From the NCBI GenBank assembly GCA_030613505.1, contig JAUWLW010000007.1, forward strand, positions 6,360-70,359: 64,000 nt of DNA. The letters are read 5' to 3'. The translations under genes and the position numbers were made by a program. This DNA is from Candidatus Zixiibacteriota bacterium. GTDB lineage: Bacteria; RBG-13-66-14; B26-G2; WVWN01. The notes beneath the pieces were generated by a model. The model was not told the DNA's origin. It did no database searches and was given only the letters and a program-made list of their open reading frames with translations. The number at the start of each line of letters is the position of its first letter. The stretch's first letter is position 1. This document shows, piece after piece, positions 18,140 through 27,687 of the stretch.

Positions 18140-19333
18140 ATGGCATTAAAAGGCGATCTCGAGACTATCAACCTCCCGGACATACTTCAACTCCTTAGTT
18201 CGGCCAGGAAAACCGGCGCCCTTTCCATCCGGCGGGGCGCCGAAGAGAAGCGTTTATATTTCAGAGACGGGATGCTGGTTTACGCCTCGAGCACGGACGA
18301 GCGCGAGAAATTGGGCAGCGTTCTTGTACGGGAAGGTTATATCGAACAAGATACCGTCAAGGGGGCGAGGGTGTCGCAGAATAAGTCGGGGCGCCCGTTC
18401 GGCCTTTGCCTGTTGGAACAAGGCAAAATTCCGCACGAAAAGCTCGTCGCCGGTTTGAAGACGCAAGGCCGGATGATTATTACCAACCTCTTCAACTGGT
18501 GGGGTGGCGAGTTCGAATTCTTGGAGGGCGACCAGGCCTGGCCGGAGGAGATCTCTATCGGTTTCGACGTCCAGGGGATAATCATGGACGCCGCAACCGC
18601 CGTCGATGAATGGAACCGCATCAAGGGAATGCTGCCCGACCTGGAAGTCGTACTGGAGGTCGTGCCCGCGCCGGCGCAGGGGAAAGGAGGGGTACAGTTC
18701 GACGCCGAGCAATGGCACGTACTCTCGCTGGTGAACGGCCGCCGCTCGGTGGTCGACATCGCGGCCGCCAGTAACCTCTCCGACATCGAGACGTGCTCGG
18801 TCGCGTGTCGTTTGCTGGACGGGGGCTTCGTGCGTCCCGTAGGCGTCAAAGCTCGGGAGGCGACGGCGCCGGCCGCGGAGACCTCCGGCGCCGTGGCCTT
18901 GCTCGATATCTACAATGAGCTCTTCGCGCAAGTAATATTCGCCGTGTCCGAAGAAGCGGGCGAGGAAGCGATCCGGAAGTTGAGCGAAGCCGCCGCGGCG
19001 AGATGCGACACCCTACCGCATTTGAGAGGTTGCTGGCAACTTACCCAGGGCGTCCTCAGTAAGCGTTGTGTTCTGAAGAACCTAGTCTTGGAGGACCCTG
19101 AGACGCGCGACGAAGAGCTGGCCGCATCCCTCTTCGAGTTATTTCGGTACGAGCTTTCATCTACCGCGCAAATCCTAACTAGGCCCCGCCAAGCCGCGCT
19201 TATACAAGACCTGCAACCGCTTGCGGCGACACTGCTCAAGAAACACGACTCGAAATTGGTGGATTCGGGCGTACGGCGCGTTCTGAGCCGTTTCCTTTCG
19301 CCCACCGAAGTATCATATGCCGAAGCTGAATGA
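18140..19333 (+). CDS. DUF4388 domain protein
   Basis: MALKGDLETINLPDILQLL..RKTG.L..LYFRDG; MshEN-like KLGSVLVREGYI and PFGLCLLEQG; winged-helix-like W.VLSLVNGRRSV. Confidence 0.85.
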   Translation: MALKGDLETINLPDILQLLSSARKTGALSIRRGAEEKRLYFRDGMLVYASSTDEREKLGSVLVREGYIEQDTVKGARVSQNKSGRPFGLCLLEQGKIPHEKLVAGLKTQGRMIITNLFNWWGGEFEFLEGDQAWPEEISIGFDVQGIIMDAATAVDEWNRIKGMLPDLEVVLEVVPAPAQGKGGVQFDAEQWHVLSLVNGRRSVVDIAAASNLSDIETCSVACRLLDGGFVRPVGVKAREATAPAAETSGAVALLDIYNELFAQVIFAVSEEAGEEAIRKLSEAAAARCDTLPHLRGCWQLTQGVLSKRCVLKNLVLEDPETRDEELAASLFELFRYELSSTAQILTRPRQAALIQDLQPLAATLLKKHDSKLVDSGVRRVLSRFLSPTEVSYAEAE

Positions 19334-20444
19334 CGACGCGGCCGCGCCGCATTTGGAGTTAGCGGAGAAGCGGCTCCGTTCACTCGTAGATATCTCGCGC
19401 GCCTTTTCCAAGGAGGTGGAGCTCTCCGCCCTGTTGGCGGTAGTAGCTCGCAGAACTTCGGATGCTATCGGCACGGAACGTACGTCGGTATTCCTGCGCG
19501 ACCCCGAATGCCGCGAACTTTGGACCGTCGTGGCCGAGGGCGAGCTGCGTGAAATCCGCATCCCCGAAGACGCCGGCATCGCCGGGTGGGTAGCGATGCG
19601 GGGCGAACCTGCCGTCGTCTCGGACGTTACTAACGACCCGCGGTGGAACAAAGAGGTCGACCGCAAGACCGGGTATACTACGAGGAACATCCTCTGCGTT
19701 CCAATGGACGACGCCCAGGGCGAACGCTTGGGCGTCTTCCAGTGCCTCAACCGGACCCAAGGCAGCTTCACCGAAGACGACGTAAAGTTCCTTCAGGCCA
19801 TAGCGTCCCAGGCCGCGATCTACATCCAGAACGCGCGCCTTTTAGAAGCCCGCAAACAGATGTTCGACAGCCTGGTCGATACCCTCGCCGAAACCATCGA
19901 ATCCCGCGACCCGCTCACCGCCGGCCACAGCCGCGGCGTTATGCGATACGCGGTAGGCGCGGCCAAAAAAATGGGTTTGCAGGCCGACGACTTAGAGGTG
20001 ATCCGTTACGCCGCGTTGCTGCACGACTACGGGAAGATCGGCGTCCCCGACCACATCTTGCGCAAACCGACGGTGCTGACGCCTGCGGAGTACGAGGTAA
20101 TTAAAAAACACGTTCTACATACGCAACAGATACTGGCCCGGATACACTTCGAAGAGCGGTTGCGCGACGTACCGGCGGTGGCGGCCCACCATCACGAACG
20201 CCTCGACGGTTCCGGTTACCCCAAGGGGCTTCGCGGCGAAGACATATCGCCCGGGGGGAAGGTCATCGCCGTCGCCGACGTCTTCGACGCCATGACGTCC
20301 CGCCGCCACTACCGCGGCCCTATGAGCGTAAACCAAGCCGTGGAGCTCATCAGCGACGGCGCCGGTTCGCAATTCGATGCCGACGTAGTCGAGGCGCTTA
20401 AGCGTTATCTGGTCGAAGAGGGGACCCTATCGGCCGGAGATTAA
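19317..20444 (+). CDS. GAF + HD-GYP phosphodiesterase
   Basis: GAF (GIAGWV, VDRKTGYTTRNILCVP); LLHDYGK, HHERLDGSGYP, VADVFDAMTS. Confidence 0.93.
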   Translation: MPKLNDDAAAPHLELAEKRLRSLVDISRAFSKEVELSALLAVVARRTSDAIGTERTSVFLRDPECRELWTVVAEGELREIRIPEDAGIAGWVAMRGEPAVVSDVTNDPRWNKEVDRKTGYTTRNILCVPMDDAQGERLGVFQCLNRTQGSFTEDDVKFLQAIASQAAIYIQNARLLEARKQMFDSLVDTLAETIESRDPLTAGHSRGVMRYAVGAAKKMGLQADDLEVIRYAALLHDYGKIGVPDHILRKPTVLTPAEYEVIKKHVLHTQQILARIHFEERLRDVPAVAAHHHERLDGSGYPKGLRGEDISPGGKVIAVADVFDAMTSRRHYRGPMSVNQAVELISDGAGSQFDADVVEALKRYLVEEGTLSAGD

Positions 20445-20445
20445 G

Positions 20446-21015
20446 ATGGATACCAGCGTTTGGAAAGAAATCGTCGACCTACTCGAGGGCGGAGACGCCG
20501 CCGCGGCGCTCGAGCGGTGTCGTCTTTATTGGGACGAAGCGGGCGGCCTGCCGCGCCGCGCATCGGGCGAGAACTCGTTGCGGGAGTTCAACCGCCGCCT
20601 TACGGTTTGGCAGCAAATAGAGCTTTACGTCGGCGAAGTCGACCGACGTCCCGAGAACCCTCGCTCGTGGAAGCTTTTAGGGTACGCGTACATGTGGAGC
20701 GGGTTATATATACCGGTATTGCTGCGGGCGGCCGAACAAGCTTTGCTCGCGAGTGTCGCCCGCGAAGACGACGAAGCGTTGGTAGCCAACCTGGAAGAGA
20801 AAATGGAATTGTGCCGGCAGGCTCTCGCCGGCGGCAAAGAGGCCCGCACCGAGATCGCCGGGGGCGAAGGGCTTTTCGCCGAAACATTTGACGTTTTCCC
20901 GGCCGAGGTCCCTATGCCCGAGGCGTTCGTTAGCGCGCGTATAGTCGCGTTGCCGGCGTTGAAAGTTACGGCCGCGGTAATCGCGCCCGACCTTTTAGAT
21001 GTCCTTGACCGTTGA
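20446..21015 (+). CDS. Hypothetical helical protein with a TPR-like motif
   Basis: PENPRSWKLLGYAY resembles a TPR; tightly packed in the operon. Confidence 0.6.
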   Translation: MDTSVWKEIVDLLEGGDAAAALERCRLYWDEAGGLPRRASGENSLREFNRRLTVWQQIELYVGEVDRRPENPRSWKLLGYAYMWSGLYIPVLLRAAEQALLASVAREDDEALVANLEEKMELCRQALAGGKEARTEIAGGEGLFAETFDVFPAEVPMPEAFVSARIVALPALKVTAAVIAPDLLDVLDR

Positions 21016-21023
21016 GGTAGCCT

Positions 21024-21410
21024 ATGGACCGCAAACTAGTAGGCCGATGTGGTAAATTTTGCGGCGAATGCCGGATTTATATTGCCGCTCACGCCGACGA
21101 TCCCCAGACGGTCACCGAACTCGCCCGCGAAATGGGCGTCGAGCCCGAACGTATAAATTGCACTGGATGCCAGGGCCCCGCCGAAACTTGTTATAACGCC
21201 CAATGTAAGATCGCCGTCTGCCTCGACGAAAGGGGCTACCGTTATTGCGCGCAATGTGCCGAGATAAACGACTGTACCAAGTACGCCCAAAATAACGTTG
21301 AGTTCGACGGCCGTCCCAAAATCTACTCTAATCAATTAAAGGCCTGGGGCGAGGAACGCTGGTTGAGGTTCCACCTCGGCGACGCCGGCGAAGGTCCCGA
21401 CGAGGATTAG
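21024..21410 (+). CDS. DUF3795 Cys-rich protein
   Basis: GRCGKFCGEC, CTGC, CKIAVC...G..YCAQC...C. Confidence 0.85.
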   Translation: MDRKLVGRCGKFCGECRIYIAAHADDPQTVTELAREMGVEPERINCTGCQGPAETCYNAQCKIAVCLDERGYRYCAQCAEINDCTKYAQNNVEFDGRPKIYSNQLKAWGEERWLRFHLGDAGEGPDED

Positions 21411-21428
21411 CACCGAGGAGTTACAGGT

Positions 21429-21689
21429 TTGGCCCGCAACGCGGATGGGAACCAGGGGCCCGGCCTGGTTGGACGTTGTGGCCTATTTTGCGGAAGCTGC
21501 GCTATTTACGCCGATTTGGATGAAAGGTACACGGGTATAAAAAGCCGCAACTTAACGCGGCGGCGGGAGCTCGGCGACGCGGCGTGGCTGGCTGAGCAAC
21601 GCGCCGAACGCGCGTGCAGCCGGTGCGGTCGGCCCTTAATATACGGCGACGACGAGTGCGCCTACTGCGGCGCGACGAGGACGGCGTAA
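21429..21689 (+). CDS. Short DUF3795-like protein with C-terminal zinc ribbon (central Cys block missing)
   Basis: GRCGLFCGSC then directly NLTRRRELG..AWL, CSRCG and CAYCG; GAGGAG SD before TTG. Confidence 0.65.
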   Translation: MARNADGNQGPGLVGRCGLFCGSCAIYADLDERYTGIKSRNLTRRRELGDAAWLAEQRAERACSRCGRPLIYGDDECAYCGATRTA

Positions 21690-21691
21690 GA

Positions 21692-22165
21692 ATGTCAAGG
21701 CCGGGACGGGAAATTGAAGACGTCGACGCGCTCGCCAAAGCCGCCGTTAACCTCTTCTGCGAAGGTTTCAATTGAGCGGAAGCCGTGGCGACCGCGGTGA
21801 GCGGTTTCTTCGGCGCCGGCGAAAGTTGTTTACCCCGTGTCGCCACCTGCTTCGGTGCTGGTCTGGGCCGGCGGGGTGAGATATGCGGCGCCTTGGCCGG
21901 AGCGTTAATTGCGGTCGGTTTACGGCACGGGAGGCGTGAGGGCGAAGGGGACGAGGCGAAAGAACGGTCCTACGAGCGCGCCGCGTACGTGGTCGGGGCC
22001 TTCCGCGAACGCTTCGGCACGATCCTGTGCCGCGAGTTGATCGACCTGGATTTAAGCGAACCGGAAGGGCGGGAGACTTACCAGCGTAAAAATATCCGAG
22101 ACAAGTACTGCGTCGATTACGTGACGGCCGCGGTAAAGGCGGCTTACGAGGCAATCGGCTCTTAA
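21692..22165 (+). CDS. C-GCAxxG-C-C family putative redox selenoprotein (UGA at codon 28)
   Basis: MSRPGREIEDVDALAKAAVNLFCEGFN-TGA-AEAV; TGA 21773-21775 occupies the family's conserved N-C-A Cys; downstream FGAGLG..GEICGALAG, ILCREL, KYC. Confidence 0.85.
21778..21809 (+). promoter_or_regulatory. Candidate bacterial SECIS element
   Basis: GACCGC(21790-21795)/GCGGTT(21801-21806) stem with GGTGA loop starting 21 nt after the UGA. Confidence 0.6.
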
Positions 22166-22213
22166 CGGTCGCACTTGAGCGCAAATAGCCGCCGGGGGGC
22201 GGCTTTTAAAATA

Positions 22214-23509
22214 ATGGTCGCCGCAAGCTTGTGGTTCACGGATTTAATCGTTCGCAAACGCGACGGCAAGGCCGTCGCCGACGACGATTGGCGCCGTTTC
22301 GTAGAAGCGCTCGGAGCCGGCGAGCTCCCCGATTACCAGATATCAGCGCTTCTCATGGCCGTATACTTCCGGGGAATGACCGTCGAGGAAACGGCGGCGT
22401 TGACGGCGGCCATGGCCGCTTCGGGCGAACAATTAGTGCTCGACGAGGGACCGTACGTCGATAAACATTCGACAGGCGGCGTGGGCGATGCTGTAACGCT
22501 CGTTGCCGTGCCCTGGGCGGCGGCTTGCGGGGCACGGATAGCTAAGCTCTCGGGCCGTAGCTTGGGACATACGGGCGGCACCGTCGACAAACTGGAAGCC
22601 ATCCCCGGTATAAACCTATCGCTCACCGCCGAGGAGCTAAAAGAGCAAGCGAACCGCGTTGGGTGCGCCGTCGCCGAAGCGCACGCCGTTGCGCCCGCGG
22701 ATGAAATCATCTACGCGCTCCGGGACGCCACGGCTACGGTGGAGGCGTTACCCTTAATGGTCTCCAGCATATTGAGCAAAAAACTCGCCGGCGGAGCTCC
22801 CGCTTTCGTCTTCGACGTCAAAGCGGGTAGGGGAGCCTTCGCCAAAGAAGAGAATTACGCTCGCGAGCTCGGCGGTAGTTTGATCGCCGCGGCTAAAGCG
22901 TCCGGTCGGAAGGCCGTCGCCGTAATCACGTCCATGGACCAGCCGTTGGGGCGCACCGTGGGTAACGCGCTCGAGGTCGCGGAGGCGGTTGAGACGTTAC
23001 AGGGCCGGGGCCCCGACGACTTGCTCGAGGTTTCGGCTGTGATCGCCGCCGAGATGCTGACCGTGGCGGGCATCGCCGGCCCGGAAGAAGCGCGACGCCG
23101 CTTGGAAGCGACCCTTGAGAAAGGGGAGGCTTTCGCGAAGCTCGACGAGATGGCGCGCGCCCAGGGTGCCCCCGCCGAATGGTGGACTCGCCTTCCGGAA
23201 GCGGCGAAGACGGCTCCCGTGAAAGCCGAACGGGGAGGGTACGTATCGGGTTTGGACGCCTTCGCCGTAGCCCGGGCGGCCAACACGCTTGGGGCGGGCC
23301 GGCAGGTAAAAGAGGACGTCGTTGACCCGGCGGTCGGCGTCGTCCTGCACAAGAAGGCAGGGGAACCGGTATCGGCCGGCGACGTGTTGATGACCCTTCG
23401 CTACAACGACGACGAGCGCTTGCGCCGGTCCCTCGAATTCGCGCGAGTCGCCTTCGACGTCGGCGAAAAGCCTACGCCGCGTCCGTTAATACTCGGGGTA
23501 TTGCGATAG
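22214..23509 (+). CDS. pdp: Pyrimidine-nucleoside/thymidine phosphorylase
   Basis: DKHSTGGVGD, KLSGRSLGHTGGTVDKLE, YALRD, SSILSKK, LGAGR. Confidence 0.95.
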   Translation: MVAASLWFTDLIVRKRDGKAVADDDWRRFVEALGAGELPDYQISALLMAVYFRGMTVEETAALTAAMAASGEQLVLDEGPYVDKHSTGGVGDAVTLVAVPWAAACGARIAKLSGRSLGHTGGTVDKLEAIPGINLSLTAEELKEQANRVGCAVAEAHAVAPADEIIYALRDATATVEALPLMVSSILSKKLAGGAPAFVFDVKAGRGAFAKEENYARELGGSLIAAAKASGRKAVAVITSMDQPLGRTVGNALEVAEAVETLQGRGPDDLLEVSAVIAAEMLTVAGIAGPEEARRRLEATLEKGEAFAKLDEMARAQGAPAEWWTRLPEAAKTAPVKAERGGYVSGLDAFAVARAANTLGAGRQVKEDVVDPAVGVVLHKKAGEPVSAGDVLMTLRYNDDERLRRSLEFARVAFDVGEKPTPRPLILGVLR

Positions 23510-23533
23510 TGCCCACGGCGCTTTGGAAAGGCC

Positions 23534-25483
23534 ATGTTTAAATTACGCCCCATCCTAGTCGTAGCAGTTATCGGCGGCGGCTCGCTGGCTGCTTCTTTCA
23601 CTTTCTTCTACCATCAAGAAGGACACCGCGAGGGTTTATTTGCTTTGGCGAGCCACGGCGTCCATCTCATTCTGTTCGCCGCGCTGGCTTGGTCGGCTTA
23701 CTTCGTGGGCAGGGCGGCGTCCCGATACGTATTTCGCCAAAGCCGGACCTATTGGGAGGTCGACGTTGCGTTGGGGTTCGCCGTCTTCGGCACGGCCGCC
23801 TTTGCGTTGGCCGCAACCCACCTTCTTTACGCGTGGCTTGTCCGGGGCGTGGTATTACTTGTTATTACGCTGTCGGCGCCGCTATGGTGGCGCTACGTCC
23901 GCGACGTACCGGCTTCCGTACGACGGAAGTGGAGCGGCGCCTCGGCCGGCGTCGTCGCCGTGGTCGCCGCCTCCATTCCATTCGCGCTCGCGGTCTTGGT
24001 GCGGGTGGGTTTGCCGCCCGTTGAATGGGACGTTTTGGTTTACCATCTCTATTTACCCAAGGTCTTCGCCGAGGCTCACAGCTTCGTCTACCTGCCGCGC
24101 CTAGTATATGCGTCTATGCCGCTCGGCGCCGAGATGATATTCACGTGGGCGTACCTGTGGGACGGCTTGGGCGCCGCGGCGGCCGTCGCGCCGCTCCTGA
24201 ATATCTTATTAGTCGTAGCAACGTGGCGGTTGGCGCGCCGCTACGTTGACGACCTTTGGGCCGCGGCGGCGGCGGCCTTGCTTCTCTTCACTCCCAGCTT
24301 CGCAACCGCGGTCGGTTCGTCGTACGTAGACTTCGTCGTCGGCGCCTTCGTCGTAATGGCTTTAGTCGCTTATTTAAACGGCTTCCGGCGTTACGCCGAC
24401 GCGGCCTTGGCGGGCGTATTACTCGGCGCGGCATTGGCCGTAAAGTATACTGGGATATACGCGGTCATCGCGCTTCTACCCGTAATCTTCGTGGACGTTA
24501 TCAAGCGGAAGTTGCCGCTCCGTTACGCGGCGGCGTTTCTGATCACCGCCTTCGCCGTCGTCTCCCCGTGGCTCGTCAAGGCTCTAGTCGAACGCGGCAA
24601 TCCTGTCTTCCCGGTTTTGTACGGCGTCTTCGGCGGCCACGACCTGTCGCCCGAGGCGGCGGCGGGAATCCTCCCAGCGTTACGGCGCATCGGCATGGGC
24701 CGCAGCGCGGCCGATTATCTACTGCTCCCATACCGCGTTTCGGCCCTCGGCGGCAGCGGCTACGGCCGTTTCGCCGGCAGCCTCTGGCCATTTAGTTTTC
24801 TTATCGTACCATTTGCGCTGGTCTGGTTCCGGCGATGGCGGTTGCTGACCTTTACGGTCCTCTATTTCGCCGCGTGGGCTTTTATGTCACAGCAACTCCG
24901 TTTTTTAAGTGCGGCGTACGCGACGCTTGCCGTGTTGTCGGCGGGTGTTTTCGCCGCTGCAGCCGACGTCTTCAAAGGTCAGGCGCGCGCCGTAAGCCGC
25001 TTCGCATTCGTCGGTTTAATATTGATATTGGGTTACGTACTTAACGTGCCGAACATCTTAACGGGTTTGGGGAGTTTACATTACTACGAGAAAGGCGGCG
25101 CCGAAGCGTACCTGCGCGAAAACGCGCCGTGCTACGCGGCCGACGAGTTCGTCAACGATGAACTCCCCAAAGACGCAGTCATCCTGTTGCTGTTCGACAA
25201 TTGCCTCTTATACCTGAAACGTCCTGCTATCTACGACTCGTTTTTAGACGCGTCGGTAACGATATACGAAATCCAGAAGTTAAAAAGCCCGGCTGGGGTG
25301 GCGGCATACGTTGACGGGCTCGGCGCGACCCACATTATGACCTATCGCGTCGGCGCGGCGTTCTTTTGGAATTATTACGAGCGGTCGACGCGGCGCTTAT
25401 GGGAGGCGTACCTGGCGCGGTACACGACGGCCATATACGACGACGGTTATTACGAAATACGCGCGCTCGAGCGCCGCGGGTGA
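23534..25483 (+). CDS. Multi-TM GT-C-type glycosyltransferase (ArnT/PMT-like), paralog 1
   Basis: Many TM helices; PPVEWDVLVYHLYLPK, KYTG, GNPVFP, QLRF motifs. Confidence 0.75.
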   Translation: MFKLRPILVVAVIGGGSLAASFTFFYHQEGHREGLFALASHGVHLILFAALAWSAYFVGRAASRYVFRQSRTYWEVDVALGFAVFGTAAFALAATHLLYAWLVRGVVLLVITLSAPLWWRYVRDVPASVRRKWSGASAGVVAVVAASIPFALAVLVRVGLPPVEWDVLVYHLYLPKVFAEAHSFVYLPRLVYASMPLGAEMIFTWAYLWDGLGAAAAVAPLLNILLVVATWRLARRYVDDLWAAAAAALLLFTPSFATAVGSSYVDFVVGAFVVMALVAYLNGFRRYADAALAGVLLGAALAVKYTGIYAVIALLPVIFVDVIKRKLPLRYAAAFLITAFAVVSPWLVKALVERGNPVFPVLYGVFGGHDLSPEAAAGILPALRRIGMGRSAADYLLLPYRVSALGGSGYGRFAGSLWPFSFLIVPFALVWFRRWRLLTFTVLYFAAWAFMSQQLRFLSAAYATLAVLSAGVFAAAADVFKGQARAVSRFAFVGLILILGYVLNVPNILTGLGSLHYYEKGGAEAYLRENAPCYAADEFVNDELPKDAVILLLFDNCLLYLKRPAIYDSFLDASVTIYEIQKLKSPAGVAAYVDGLGATHIMTYRVGAAFFWNYYERSTRRLWEAYLARYTTAIYDDGYYEIRALERRG

Positions 25484-25596
25484 GCCGCATCGTTCCAAGC
25501 CGAGAAGAGCCGCGGCGTGTGCACGGCGGCCGTGATGCTAAAACATTTAGACCCGTCCGCTCCGTGAAACGCGGGCGGTGTCGAACACGATGGGGC

Positions 25597-25625
25597 TTGA
25601 TATCGCCCGACGTAATCGCTATAAT
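25597..25625 (+). promoter_or_regulatory. Sigma70-type promoter
   Basis: TTGATA-17 nt-TATAAT; GAGGAG SD before ATG 25676. Confidence 0.65.
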
Positions 25626-25675
25626 CTTAACGCTGACGTAAGTTTTTTTAAAACGGCGGTATTCGAGGAGAAGCG

Positions 25676-27646
25676 ATGTTGCGAAAATTGCAGGCTGTCG
25701 CCGCGGCGGTAGTCGTCACCGCGAGCGTGTTAGCGTCGGTGGCCGCGTTTTTCTACTATCACCAGAATCGCCTCGACATATTAACGGTTATCGCTAACGA
25801 GGTCGTGCACGTTTTCCTCTTCTTCGCGCTGGCATGGGCGGCGTATTTCGTGGGTCGGCTTGTCTACCGCTCAGTCTTTCGCCAACGCCAACCGTATTGG
25901 GAAATCCAGCTCGCGCTGGGTTTTATAATATTCGGCTTGGCCGCTTTCGCCTTAGCCGCCGTCCATTTGCTATACCCTTGGGTCGTCCGTGGCATCGTTC
26001 TAGTCATACTCGGGTTATCGGCCCCCCTCTTTTGGCGTTACGTTAACGAATTCGGAAATTTTTTAAAGGACCGATTGTCGTCTTTAACCCTCGGGCCGCT
26101 CGTCGTCGCGGCCGCCGTAGCGCCGCTTGTCGCCGCAGCCCTTATACGCGTCGGCCTGCCGCCGTTCGAGTGGGACTCCCTCGTCTACCATATCTACGTT
26201 CCTAAAATTTACGCCGCGGCTCACGGCTTCGTGTACTTACCGCGTCTAGCGTATTCGTCCATGCCGTTGGGCCCGGAGATGATGTTCACGTGGGCGTACG
26301 TATGGGACGGCGTCGGCTGCGCCGCCGCGGTGGCGCCGTTGATAAATTTCTTAATGGTCGTCGTGACTTGGCGGTTGGCGCGGCGGTATGTGGACAACCT
26401 ATGGGCCACGGCCGCGGCCGCCTTTCTCTTTATTACCCCCTCTTTTTTAGTTTATTTCTCCTCGGCGTACGTGGATATGATATTGGGCGCTTTTGCGTTA
26501 ATGTCGTTCTTTATTTATTTACGGGGGTTTAGAAGTTATGGCGAAGCGGCGCTCGCGGGCGTCCTCTTGGGCGCCGCGTTGGGCGTAAAATATACCGGCG
26601 TGTACGCGTTGATCGGCTTGGCCCCCATTTTAATTACCGATTTATTCCGTCGTCGCGCTTCTCTCCGCCACGTGGCCGTATTTCTCACCGTGGCCTTTTT
26701 TACGGTATTACCCTGGTTGGGGAAAGCGTTCGTAGAACGGGGAAACCCGGTATTCCCATCGCTTTACAATATTTTCGGCGGCCGGGACTTATCGCCCGTA
26801 GCCGCGGAAAAAGTCTTGGTATGGCAAAAATCGATAGGAATGGGGCGCGACCCCATAGATTACGTACTTTTACCGTACCGCGTATCTTTCCAAGCTGACT
26901 CCGGCTACGAAAAGTTCGACGGCTTTCTGTTGCCCTTTAGCCTTGTCGGCGTATTGCTATCCTTAATTTGGTTCCGGCGGTGGCGGTTGATAACGTACAC
27001 GGCTTTTTACTTCGTCGCGTGGGCGTTTTTAGCGTCTCAACAATTAAGGTTTTTAAGCGCGGCCTTCGCGACGTCCACGATTTTAACCGTGGGAGTTTTC
27101 GCACATATAACGGCGTCTTTTAGAAGCTCGGTGCGTTCGGCGTTGACGTTTATTTTGGTCGGTTCGGGAATAACCTTCGGATACGCCGTCACGGCGTTTG
27201 GGGTCTGTTACTACGTCCCTGACGCGTTGAAATATCTCATGAGCCGCGACGTCGACAGTTATTTATTACGAACAGTACCCGTATATCCCGCAGACAAATT
27301 CGTGAACGAAAATTTACCCGAGGACGCCGTAATTTTGATGATTTTTAACGACCATTTGCTATACTTGGAAAGAAAGGCTATATACGACTCGTTTTTCGAG
27401 GCGTCTGAAACGTTGATCCACGTAGCGACGCTAAACACGCCGTCAGAGGTCGCGGATTACGTCGACGAGCTGGGGGCAACGCACATTTTCACGGGCCAAT
27501 TCGCCACGAGCTATTTCTGGAGTCATTACGATCCCGCAACGCGTGTCCTTTGGCAAGCGTACCTCAATGGGTATACCGACGTGATTTACGACGACGGCGA
27601 AATCGAGATTCGTGTCATAAAGAACCGCGCGGCGACTCGTTTTTAA
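25676..27646 (+). CDS. Multi-TM GT-C-type glycosyltransferase (ArnT/PMT-like), paralog 2
   Basis: PPFEWDSLVYHIYVPK, KYTG, ERGNPVFP; colinear with 23534-25483. Confidence 0.75.
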   Translation: MLRKLQAVAAAVVVTASVLASVAAFFYYHQNRLDILTVIANEVVHVFLFFALAWAAYFVGRLVYRSVFRQRQPYWEIQLALGFIIFGLAAFALAAVHLLYPWVVRGIVLVILGLSAPLFWRYVNEFGNFLKDRLSSLTLGPLVVAAAVAPLVAAALIRVGLPPFEWDSLVYHIYVPKIYAAAHGFVYLPRLAYSSMPLGPEMMFTWAYVWDGVGCAAAVAPLINFLMVVVTWRLARRYVDNLWATAAAAFLFITPSFLVYFSSAYVDMILGAFALMSFFIYLRGFRSYGEAALAGVLLGAALGVKYTGVYALIGLAPILITDLFRRRASLRHVAVFLTVAFFTVLPWLGKAFVERGNPVFPSLYNIFGGRDLSPVAAEKVLVWQKSIGMGRDPIDYVLLPYRVSFQADSGYEKFDGFLLPFSLVGVLLSLIWFRRWRLITYTAFYFVAWAFLASQQLRFLSAAFATSTILTVGVFAHITASFRSSVRSALTFILVGSGITFGYAVTAFGVCYYVPDALKYLMSRDVDSYLLRTVPVYPADKFVNENLPEDAVILMIFNDHLLYLERKAIYDSFFEASETLIHVATLNTPSEVADYVDELGATHIFTGQFATSYFWSHYDPATRVLWQAYLNGYTDVIYDDGEIEIRVIKNRAATRF

Positions 27647-27687
27647 GCGTCGAGTTGCCGCGACGTCGAGTTCATAAGACCCATATA

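Noticed and set aside
21773-21775. Genome-wide TGA reassignment (code 4 or 25)
   Set aside because: TGA ends many genes at their expected termini (asnS, hprK, IIB, IIC, tsaB)
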